Positions 14,200-27,048 of a stretch of 64,000 bases of DNA are shown here, piece after piece. This DNA is from Nitrosopumilaceae archaeon (GTDB taxonomy: Archaea > Thermoproteota > Nitrososphaeria > Nitrososphaerales > Nitrosopumilaceae), in contig CBDBMG010000002.1 of the NCBI GenBank assembly GCA_965207375.1, positions 384,001 through 448,000 on the forward strand, read 5' to 3'. The position numbers were made by a program, and so were the translations under genes. The first letter of the stretch is position 1; each line of letters starts with the position of its first letter. The notes beneath the pieces were generated by a model. That model was not told the DNA's origin, searched no databases, and saw only the letters and a program-made list of their open reading frames with translations.

Positions 14200-15115
14200 G
14201 CTAAATAGATAGATAGATAGCTATAACTATATATGCCTCTACAATGTTAGATACTATAGATAGATAGCTAGCTATAACTCTACAATGTTAGAGACTACAG
14301 ATTGATAAACAATGTTAGATACTATAGATATAACTATGTATGCCTCTAAAATGTTAGATACTATCGTATGGATATATATCTAGCTATAACTATGTATGCC
14401 TCTACAATGTTAGATACTATGGATAAATATACAATGTTAAATACTATAGATAGATAGCTAGCTATAACTATGTATCCCTCTACAATGTTAGATAATGTAG
14501 ATAGATCACTAGCTATAACTATGTGTGCCTCTGCAATTATAAATACTATAAATTGATATACAATGTTAGATACTATAGATAGATAGCTAGCTATAACTAT
14601 GTATGTATCTACAATGTTAGATACTATAGATAGAAAATTAGCTATAACTATGTATACCTTTACAATGTTAGATATACTATAGAGACATATACTGTAACAA
14701 TGTTTGATACTATAGATAGATAGCTAGCTAGAACTATGTATGCCTCTACAATGTCAGATACTATAGATAGATAGCTAGCTATAACTATGCATGCCTAGAT
14801 AGTGTTAGATACTATAGATAGCTAGCTAGCTATAACTATGTATGCCTCTACAATGTTAGATACTATAGATAGATAGCTATGTATGCCTCTACAATGTTAG
14901 ATACTATAGATAGCTAGCTAGCTATAACTATGTATGCCTCTACAATGTTAGATACTATAGATAGATAGCTAACTATAACTATGTATGCCTCTACAATGTT
15001 AGATACAATAGATAGATAGATAGCTAGCTATAGCTATGTATGCCTCTACAATGTTAGATACTATAGATAGATTGCTAGCTATAACTATGTATCCCTCGAT
15101 CTACAATGTTAGATA
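14200..15115. repeat. Tandem satellite, unit ~50-56 bp (tatgcctctacaatgttagatactatagatagatagctagctataactatg)
   Basis: Read directly; head-to-tail units with no unique spacers. Confidence 0.9.
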
Positions 15116-15119
15116 TTGT

Positions 15120-16555
15120 CTTAGCATGAAAGCTAAACCCAAGCACTATACATATACACCATTCGTGGTGCTATAGATGGGCAGGTCTGCTTTTACAGGC
15201 GGTCTTTTTCAGACCTTGCTAGTGTATGGGGCCACTACTTGAGGGGCACTAATAAGGCTACATGGTGTGTCAGGCTACTTCCAGAGACCGTCTCGGCCGG
15301 CTGTCACTATTCACTGGACTGGACTACTGCATGGACTGGAATACTGGACTGGACTACTGGACTCCTTTTTTGGACAAGATTATGTGGTTTTTCAAATATT
15401 TGACGCCTGGAGACCTCAATTATTATTTTTTAGAAACTATAGAATTTCTATGATCTTACAACAACAATATAATAACTTCATGACAGTAGTTGTTTTATTT
15501 GCTTTTAGCAATGCACTAGCAAACAAGCTTATGATAATGACCAGTCAGGGCATTATTTGACCAAATCCAAGGTTAGTAGCTATAGCACAAGATTGACTAA
15601 TTAATGACGTCATGTATGTAGTGTGATAATTAGAGAGATTACCTGTATAGCCAGTGTATGTGTATAGTATGATTGTTAGTGAGTAGTACGTAATAATTAA
15701 TAATTAATACCTATATGCTATGTATATACAGTTAATAGTATGCCTAAATATAATATTATGTTAAAACTTTGATGGTAATTCCGTAACTAGCCACCTTTAT
15801 CATGTTATAAGTCCCCATGAAACTGACATATGCATTAGCCGTTTTCAGTCAGCTGAGCAAAGTCTATTTTTAAGTACTTTTATAATTGGCAAGTCCATAT
15901 CAACAGCCAACCAATTGTTTTCAATATGTAGGTATATGCAATGTATTTGCATATTAGCTAGCTACTGTCATGAAGTTATTATATTGTTGTAGACTGTAAG
16001 ATTGTTTTAAGATTGTTTTAAAAAGAACTGAGGTCTCCAGGTGTCAAATATTTCAAGAAACTATATAGACAACTTGTCTAAAAAAGGAAAAAACTCCAGT
16101 CCAGTAGTCCAGTCCAGTATTCCAGTCCAGTAGTCCAGTCCAGTGAATAGCGACAGCCGTCTCGGCCTACCATGTCGACTGTGGCTGTTTCTGTTCCCTA
16201 CTGAGGACACACTGCTGCTGTCTGTCTCCTTGTGGATGGTATGGCCCGCCTTCGGCTCCCCGCTCACCCCCACCCCCCTCCCGCCCATTCACCCACCCAC
16301 CCACCCACCCCCTATAAACTCTATCCGTGATATTACAGCAGTTGGAAAAAAACTATCTCAAAACCCAGCAGTGTCAGCTAGGTGGTAGAATTAGTTATAA
16401 AACAATAGCTACATAAGTAGTCTACTTATACTATTAGCCTGGCGTGGCTACACTGGTTGTAGCACAAGAGAACCACAGTGGCTTCAATATTTCAAATTGG
16501 TATTTCTCGAAATACAAAATGTGCCCTTAAGGACAGTTTTTCAAATCCAGTCACA
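15120..16555. mobile_element. TGTGAC-ended MITE family copy (left end lost) with a nested insertion
   Basis: Colinear with 55734-56367 once 15299-16158 is removed; ends in caaatccagtcaca. Confidence 0.7.
15299..16158. mobile_element. MULE-like MITE with long TIRs and 9-bp TSD
   Basis: TIRs ggctgtcactattcactggactggactactg / cagtagtccagtccagtgaatagcgacagcc, with similarity extending ~200 bp; TSD gtctcggcc at 15290-15298 and 16159-16167. Confidence 0.85.
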
Positions 16556-17924
16556 GATCACTATGACTTGTAGAGTACAGACGCATTAGTGATATAGCTA
16601 GCAATGTGTGGGGAAACACGCATCCCTAGGGATATCTGTGTGGGAAACACACATCACTGGGAAACACAATGTCATATCACTATGACACCGGTACCGACGG
16701 GCCGTGACTTGATCCGTTGTATTTTCTGTGGGTTATGAAATTTCAATACCTTCATATTTATGGGAATACTTTTTGTGTATGAAAAACATTGTCTGCTGCC
16801 TTACAATTGTGATGAAATTTTGTTGGAATTGAGAACAGCAGCTGGTGCTTTATGAATGCACAGACATTCATAATTACAGAATTGACTGGTTATAAAGAAG
16901 ATGACGAAGATGATGACAATAATGCAGAAGAACATTAATTAATTACTAGCTATCTGTAGCAGTTTCATTATCAATGTAGCTATGCTTATATAATTATTTA
17001 TATTGCTGTGAGGATTTTAGGTTTTTAATACTCGCACAATTAGCTATTGTTATTGAAATATAAGGCTCCATATTATAACTGGTAAAGAATGGTTGCAAGG
17101 GATTGGGTTTTATTGCACTACCTAAATTTTTCCATTGCAAAATGAGATTACAATTTAGCTCATTGAAATCATAATTGCAAAAATACTTGATTTTATTAAT
17201 ATTTTTCATAGCATAAGTAGAAATTTCCAAAGTAGACTAGAACATGTTTAAAGTACAGTAGCTAATGGGTAACTTTATGTATTTATGAAATACTATAATA
17301 AGGCATATTAATTTTATGAAACAATAATGATATAAAGAAATCTTGAATTTTGCTGATACCGTACATCTGAGTAATGAAAAATGTCTATTGTCTAGCTGTC
17401 CTGTGTTATACACCTGATGTGCAACTACTGTATAATAAACTCCATAGCTAATAACAATAATAAAAAATGATAATGTATATTATGTCATAATATTATTATA
17501 GCTACCTATGAAACAAAAAAATTGAATGCTTAAAATGTCAATAATGAGGATACTATGGGAATGTTGAAGAATGCAATAAAAAAGATGAATGAGTTGAACC
17601 AGTAGTAAAAACTTCAGTCAGAATGACATTCCTTTAAATATATACAAACTTGATTATCAAGATGCATTCCCACAATCGATATTAATTCATGCACTACACT
17701 TGTAGAGATAGCTTGTGCATCATCAGATCTGCCATAGTTTATGCATTAGCTATACACCTTATGCTGTTACTAAGCTAGTTTAGTTGTGCTATGCGTTTTC
17801 ATGCAAACAACAACTTTTAATAAATGCATGTATGAACCAGCATACCAGTAGATAACTATAGCTATGGTGCCTTATGAAAATCTGTGTACTCTACCATCAA
17901 ATAGGGTCTGGCTACGCCCCTGAC

Positions 17925-19305
17925 TTAGATTGGCCAGGAGAAATTACTATCGTTAATGGACGACCAATACATCCACAATCACATGGGCTTATTGAGAAAG
18001 GAAGTTCAACAGTAGAAGAAATGTTGGCCTGTAAATTTTATAGTGAAAAACAAGCTAATTGTACATTTTGGCTTCCAGAAATTCAATGTGAGTCATATAG
18101 TGATGTGTAGGCAGAAACTAGTTATAGCTATAGGTAAATATAATAGCATTAATAAGGTGTTATTATAACATTCCTTGGTGCTAGCTCACAGTGTAAAATT
18201 TATAACTTACTTGGTGTCATTCAGTGATACACTAGCTAGCTCTATGATGTCACATGTAGCTATACAGTGGTAATTCTAAAACTAGGATATAGGGGGCTGA
18301 AGTCCTTGATGCGGGGGGCTGTGTAGCTAAATAATTATGATACAGTAAAACTGAGCTGTAGCTTTTCATAAATTGTGACCGGATTTGCGAAAATGTGCAT
18401 AGTTCACACAAAAATTTTAATTCATTTTCAGGCTTTGATCCAGCTTATAGCTACACTCAATAGCTATACACACACCGTGTCTCCTATGGCCAGACTCAAG
18501 TGGTCTGCTTTTCTGAGGGGAGTATTGGAGGCCTTGTAAAACCATGACAGGCACATTGGCACCTGTGGAGCGCACCAATTGGGCGTTATTGGCCTGGAAT
18601 TCTACCCTTGACCGGAATGATGTCCCTTCGGCCTGGTTGTATGATCAGGACCATCTGTGGGCAGCTGGTTACCTCGTGTCTTCACTTGGGGAGGTTTTTC
18701 CTCCTCCCTCCCCACCGCCCCACCCCACCCTCCCCTCCCCTCCTCCCATCCCCGCCCGCCCTCCCACCCGCCCGCCCTCCCACCCGCCCGCCCACCCACC
18801 CTCTCGTAACACTGGGCCGGGGCTAAAATTGATGCACACCTTCGAAAAAATCGTCTGAAAAGGCCTGAAATCAAGCAAGGAACAACTTTAAAGGTAAACT
18901 GTATTTTATTCAATAGATTACTAAATCCAGTTCTGCTAAACAAAAGCGGCCTAGTACGAGCAAAAGCTAGTAATATTAATTTAAAATCTTTAAACGGGTG
19001 TTTCTCTAATTAGCTACTACCAGGTGCGAACTATGCACATTTTCGCAGAGCCGGTCACAATTTTGTTCTGATATTTAAATTAATGCAATGGCTACAATGC
19101 TTTTAGTTATAACATATTACTCATGGAACAGAGTTACTATTATTGTACGTACAGACCAACTCAATATAACTATACAAACCAGTGTGAAATCAACACCATA
19201 TGAGTTAGTATTTGGGCAACCTCCTAGGAAGACTGTTTTTCCAGGTGTTATATACTACTAGTATTGTAATGGAAGAAGATGTACTTGATATAATTGTAGA
19301 AGAAG
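17925..19305 (+). pseudogene. Intron-containing retroviral-type integrase fragment (KRBA2/SCAND3- or Ginger-like)
   Basis: WPGEITIVNGRPIHPQSHGLIEKGSSTVEEML...WLPEIQ, donor after 18087, acceptor before 19155, continuing YQLNITIQTSVKSTPYELVFGQPPR. N-terminal part not found. Confidence 0.7.
18374..19059. mobile_element. TGTGAC-ended MITE in the integrase intron
   Basis: TIRs tgtgaccggatttgcgaaaatgtgcatagttc / gaactatgcacattttcgcagagccggtcaca; inverted homologue at 57038-57627. Confidence 0.85.
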
Positions 19306-19814
19306 GTATCAATTAAGGTTTATCTAGAGCTTTTATAGCTACTTCTTGTTTAGAAAGCAAATGTTCACTATCTGATGACTCCTACAACAAACACAATGAT
19401 AACAGTAATTAAACTACATAATAATATTATGTTCATGATAGCTATAGCAAATAATTGTTTAAGGAGCCTCATAAGCTATTGTGCATGTGTGCATTGTAAA
19501 CTTTAACTACACCTATAACAGTAACTGATAATTTATATAGTGATATTTGAGCATATATGAGTGATTTAATTTACAAAATTATATAAAGAGTGTGCCGAAT
19601 CTATCTAGCTAACTACATGGCTATAGTTGCCTTGCTATTACTTTTCAAAATAAGTTGAACATGTAGCTACAATTTATTATATTATATTTTTAAGCATTAT
19701 CATACCACTTCTCCTATAATTAGTTACTAATGTTTATAAATCTTGGTTAATTGTACCCATATACATATCTATCATGTTTTACAAATTTCACAAATATTAA
19801 AGTATACAAGTTGA

Positions 19815-20725
<911 letters not shown>

Positions 20726-21028
20726 AAATTACTAGTTTTTCAACTCCATCAAAATTTGTGATATCAGTTGTGAATTGTTGAGTAGGATTATACACGTATA
20801 TATAATTTTTTGTATTGTACTTATAATTAAGGTGAAGAGCAAAATGACTGGTCCAATTTTGAAGAATCAAATGAGGCAGCTTAGCTACAAGGTAAATGTA
20901 ACTGGTGTTAAAATAATGTAACTAGTAAGGTTAGGCAATATTTTATAGTATTGCCACTTTCCAATATCAGTAGCTATAACATAGGCTGTGCAATATAATT
21001 ATTGCAAGCAACTTCCATGTGTCAGTAA

Positions 21029-21463
21029 TAGGCCTGAGCCAATTATGCTTTTAGAATTACCTATTATGCTTTTGAGCATAATTCCCAAAACAAGCCCATT
21101 ATGCTCAAAATTATGCTTGGGAATTCTCAGTGATAATGTGAAAATTAATAGGCTAAATTAATATTTTATATGAAGATATTCATGTTGATTTTTTGCACTC
21201 ATTATCATCAGATATACATTTACATTATGACTCCTACAATGTATTTTGTTGAATTCATCACTTTTAATCATTGCATTCATCACATACCTAATTTGATAAA
21301 AAATTATTGTAGATTCACTCAAAATTTCAGTAGTCACTTTCAAAATTCATGCCTTTGTGGCATGCCTTGCACAAAAAGTTAACCTATTATGCTGGCATTA
21401 TGCTCGATGCTTTTACCATCCTATTATGCTCCAAATTATGCTGGCATAATTGGCTCAGGCCTA
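21029..21463. mobile_element. hAT-type MITE with 8-bp TSD
   Basis: TIRs taggcctgagccaattatgc / gcataattggctcaggccta; perfect TSD gtcagtaa at 21021-21028 and 21464-21471. Confidence 0.9.
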
Positions 21464-21519
21464 GTCAGTAATATCAATCTCGTGTGCAATAATATCACAG
21501 AATACTCCTTATGCATGTA

Positions 21520-22105
21520 TGTGACCAGATTTGACAACACCTGGCTTCCACACACAATTAGCTATAAATATTTAGAAATACTGCTTTTAATTATTCTATC
21601 TTGAGAAGGCTAGGAGTTGCGTGCATGCAGTTTGCCACAAATTCTGTTTCATGGAAAAATTTATAATGCTGTAATCCACCTGCCCTCGAGCTCCACACCT
21701 AGCTATATGGAGATATTTGTGATATTGACTATGCCAGTTTAAAATTATCTAAAATGGCAGGCAATTTAACTAGCTATCAAAATTAATGAAGAGCTTGTCC
21801 ACTGAAAGACCTTACCTGAGGCCTTTTAGGCTTCAAATGCCCCAAAATATAGCCAAATCGATGAATAAGACGATTAGACAATTGCCTAATGTTTTCCAGC
21901 AAGGTGGCTACTTTTCAAGTGCTACCAGAGCCATTTAAAGACCACCTGAGCACTCATGGACATCTGACAGGCCCCAAAAACAAGCCATGCACAGGAAAAA
22001 CTTTAGCCACCAATAGCTACATGCACGAACTGTTAGTTAATTGACACAGCTATCAAGTGTGTCTATTGCGTGTACCACAGCTGGCTTTTGTCAAATCCAG
22101 TCACA
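21520..22105. mobile_element. TGTGAC-ended MITE
   Basis: Ends tgtgaccagatttgaca / tgtcaaatccagtcaca; inverted relative of 51721-52363. Confidence 0.75.
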
Positions 22106-23932
22106 TATCACCATATATGCATGCGTGTGCAATAATATATGATCGAGGGATTAAAGTGTATCAAGACTCACAGTAGTGAGTTGTGAGGCCAACTAGCAAG
22201 TGCCCCAGTTGATCACAAGATTCACCACTAGTACACATTATATTTACATAGACAACCAAATCCACATTATAAGTTGTTATCATTTACTTATGCTACACAT
22301 GCTGGGTGATACTTTGCTCTATGGACTAGCTATATAGTAAAATACTCCATTGCAATATTGCCAATAATCGCATTGTCTGTGTGTCATAATAATCACAGTG
22401 CACATTTTTAAGTATCACCCAACCCTACTTCATAGGTAATCATTCAATTTTCAATTGCTACAATTTTATGTATGTAAATTACAGCCTGATTAAATTTTGA
22501 TTATGGGAATGATTATGTATATTAATAAAATAATTCATAATAGGTCAATTTATGGGTAGTGATGCATCAATTGATGAACACAAAGGATTACTGAAGATAG
22601 GTAGTGACTGAGCACCATGTAGTGTCAAGAAAGGAAATATTTGGCCTTATCTTAAAAGTCCTGGGACATGTTGGTATCCTACTGACACTGATGATCAAGG
22701 AAGTGGAGTACTGGAGGGTGTCTATACTGATTATATAGTTGATGATTTGTTTGCGTATGACTTCAAATATAATCAGTTCAAGTAATGTCATCATTAACTC
22801 TATTATCAAAGGCTGAACTTATTGCAACTACTTACAAAGCTCAGAACACATATAAGCTACGTACATATTAATTTTTCAGTTTTTCAGTAGAATTGCTTTA
22901 GTAGTTTGCTAGCTAGTTGATTTTCTCACAGTAGGTATGGCTAATAATTAGCTATTTTGGAAGTATTAGTTATATTATATTATGAGTGTATTAAGTCAGA
23001 AGCTTCGCAAAGTCTGCTGAGGACGATATTAATAACTATTATAGTTAATATCACATTAGACTAAGTGATGATAACTAGGATATCATGAATAGCTAACTGG
23101 CTCTTAAATATTTCATGAGACCATGACGTTTGACAACAAATGTGGCTGGCCATGGGTATGTGAAAATCAACCATACTAAGCGCAAATTACACCTAGTTAC
23201 ATTTTAAATGGTATATCAGTATTCTGTAAGCTTTAAAAGATTCATCATTAAATTCTACATTTGCGGTAGAAATTCTGTGTTGTTAATTTAAACAGATAAT
23301 GAGTTATGAAAAGACAAAATTGAAAATCATGGCAATGTTATGTGACTATGTGGTTAATTTTTGCACAAATGACTATATTATAGTTGTTAAGCAGTTGGTT
23401 TATTAGCTACATGTACGTAGCCAGAATATAGCTATATAATTGTTCACACAGACACACACTTTATTGATTTTACATTTAAAATTACTGGATGATAAGCCAG
23501 CCGGGTAGTTACTGTATGTAATATTAGAAGTTGCATAATATTTAACACCACACCATATAGCTAGCTAGCCTAAAAAGTTCAAGGGTGAAATTTTTGTGAA
23601 ATGTGACCCGGTATGAGAAAACAGGGCTTATATATGCAAGTAAAATTTGACCACATTTTTGCATTTCGAACTTACGTAAATAAGTTTATAAGCAATCATA
23701 GGTAGGCTTGTGGCTAATATGCCGGCATAATTTTGGGAATATAATAGCTACTATATAATTATTTTATATGAGAATTATTCTGGAATAATAGGTTTTTAGT
23801 GAGCTCAAATTTTGTTGAATGATCGTCAACCCACGCAATTGATTATAAGCACATTTTGAAAAATTAATCATGGCCACTGGGATACTGTACTAGTCTTTTT
23901 CTGCAAGAGCAAGCTGCTAATAAACAAGTCAA

Positions 23933-24250
23933 TGTATTACCATCTAAAATCAGGCACTGTATATACATATTAAACTACTGTAAATTTACTGTCATGTTTA
24001 ATAATATAATACAATGACGTCACAAAGAAATCATATGAGCAGAGACTCATCACTAAGGAATCATAGTAACGTTACATTTTTAAATTTTATCTTCAAAACA
24101 GCTTCATACTCCTGTGCCTTAGTAATAACAAATTATTCATGCTTCAAATCACGTGAATAGTTTCATAGCCTGGGGGGCAGACACACACACACACACGCAT
24201 ACTTTCCGGACAATGCAATTTCAAGAAGCCAGGCATGCACATGGTTTAAA
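23933..24250 (+). mobile_element. Shorter, diverged copy of the 19815-20725 element
   Basis: Shares gagcagagactcatcactaaggaa and catagcctggggggc-(ca)n; the terminal hairpin is decayed. Confidence 0.65.
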
Positions 24251-27048
24251 GATTACCAGTGTGATTGCTTACCTTCACATTCTTCACAAATAAATTAGTC
24301 ATCTCTTCCTTAATTAGTCTCTCCCCCAATCATCTTTTCCTTAGTCTCTCCCTCCATCATCTTTTCCTTAGTTTCTCCGATCCCTTAGTCATCTCAAATT
24401 CTTCCTATTCACTTTACTGTGCCATGAGATATGCCCTTCTATGGTGTATATCAAGATATTTATACTAACCATTGCAGTGATAGCCTCTTTCATTCTCACC
24501 CTATCTATTCAATTGCTGTTTGCAGTAAAATTAAGGCAGCAGGTAAAGCATGTTGGTGTTTGGACACCTATCTCAGGATGGTGGTGATTTCTGGCTTTTG
24601 AACAGCAATCACAGACTGTTGTTTGTTCAAAATTTGTGCGAACATTTCCCATTTTATCCATTCACATAGATTTTCTTTGTCCCATTGCCTTATTTCAATC
24701 AACCAAGCACACATGTTTCAAGGTGTACAATCCTTCCACCAATACATTCAACAACCTGAAATGCAGGTGTTCAAGTCTCTCAAAAACCATCAATTCCAAC
24801 TAGCAACTATATTTGCCAATATAAAGTCTGCACTTTATAGTTTTGCCATGGCTACAATTGACCAGTGTCTTGAATACATCAAAATATACATTGTATGATT
24901 AGGTACAGTTCATTATCCATTGTTATTGCTACTATTTATAGCTATATAGCTATGGGTAACTACGTATATCCATAGCTACTATCCATGCATACATGCATAA
25001 TATTTTTCTCATACTAATAGTAAGTTCATATGTGCAATTGCAATAAACAACTAGCTATAACACAATAAACTAATATGTACAATTGCAATAAACAACAACA
25101 CAATAAATACATTCCACTAACCACAACAAAATGTAGCTAGTTTTATTGTAACTCAAAATATTTGATCATTACCTCCTGTAGCAGATGATTTTGCACAATT
25201 AAGGTTGAACATATAGCATCATAGAATAGTAAATTTCAGGAAATTAATGGTTTTGCTGCATCCGAGGTAACCCGAAAATTTTAAGGGTAAAATTATTTCG
25301 CTGATTGGAGGGGGAGGGTGCACTATAAAAATGGTATAGTGAACGTCACTACAAAACAAAGTGATGTTCACTATTTTTGAAATCACTACATGGTAGTGAT
25401 TATTAAACTTAGTGATGCTCACTACAATAGTAGTGAGCCTCACTACTTTGAAGCTAGGGTACATGTAGTGATGAATTGTGTAGTGATCGTCACTGGCAAA
25501 TGTAGTGACAATCACCATTTTAACGTAGTGAACAATTTTCACTGTATTTCATACAGTGACCATCACTAGTAAAAGTGATATTTAGTACTGTATCTATATA
25601 TATCTAGTAAGTTTAGCAAACAAGGTGAATCTTTACTGCTCCATGCACCAATACCACATAGCTAGCCATTAACATCCAGGCCTTTCAAGTTAAGCTTTAT
25701 AGTATTATCTATATAATTTCTTATCATACTGGGTTTGCATAGAGCATCTTAAGAGCATCTGCACAGACCTATGTACATGCATAGATTTGTATCTTAAAAA
25801 TCCTGCCAGTTACTGTATCAGATGGTTACTTATATAGGTCATATGAAATATGTATTAAGATGATGATTCATGAAAAAATCCTGAAATTTTTATGAGATTT
25901 TGTGTGGTACTTTGGTAGCTACCATGCATTGGTTGAAAATTTTGACAACTTCTGATGACAGATGTCTTGGCTTGTGCATCAGTGAATCATCAAGTCTTTG
26001 AATGCAAATGGTACTCCCGGAGAGAATGAACAGATTAATGGAGAAAATATCATTGAATTTAAAGCAAGTAACAATACATACGTAGGTATTACAAGGAGTG
26101 GAAACTAAAGAGCCAAGGTCCCCCAAGTACTCTCCATTGCAGTTTTGTCCTGAATTATAAGTGACATCACTTCAGTTTATCCCTACCCCTGCAATAGTAT
26201 TACCAATATACACTGAGTAGGATGACAGCAAAAAAGCCATTGGAACTTGTGGTGTACTCTACTGTGGACATAAACAACTACTTATAATGTTTTAAGAGCA
26301 AGCAAACATGCAAAAGTATTGTGCCAATAGCCCATTGTAATTGTAAAGTGATCAATTGCTCTCTATCTATTGGGCCAAGCTGACAACTCCATTTAAAGCA
26401 CCCGATAAAAACCGTCCTATATATTTACAGACAATTTATAATACTTGTTATGCTAAACTAGTTGTGTATCATATTCTATACTCTGATCTATGCCTGACAA
26501 GTTAGGATATATCGATCTTCTGGAGTATTCCATATAGTGCCCGCCATAACGATGACGCAAAACGGTGGTAACCAGGCGACCAATTCGGCGGTCAAAGGTG
26601 AAACTGGATAGTTTTGAAGGAGGAGAAAAGCAGTTTAGTTAGACAAACATGCTTTAATGTGAAGGCGGGTGTTGTTAGTGAAGTCGTGTGCTTATTTCTG
26701 CAAAATAATAAGCACTGCCGGTCGGAATTTGTCACAGGCGAGGTAACAGCGAATCTGAATCTCTGCGTCAACTGAGTCTTGCCGTCAATAAAAGAGAAGT
26801 AAGACTGCTATGGTGAATTTACACTTCTATCTGTAGTCGTTTCAATAACTATTGAGCAGGGTGATTCGAACCTGAATTCTGGTTAGCCCGGCCCGCCCTT
26901 TTCAGTCCTTGTTCACTGGTCGCGGAATTTTTATCAGTTGAGCGAACAGGGTAGCTTCTACACTAAACTCGAAAGGCATGCGTTCACACCTCTACTGCGC
27001 ATGTGAATATTACACGTGTCGTGTTTCTCCGTACTCGAGTCCAATAGA

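Noticed and set aside
14200-15115. ~52-bp repeat array as CRISPR or coding repeat
   Set aside because: Head-to-tail satellite without spacers and rich in stop codons.
18544-18943. Pro-rich and Gly-rich ORFs
   Set aside because: C-rich tract inside a MITE; the frame is not conserved in the homologue at 57038-57627.
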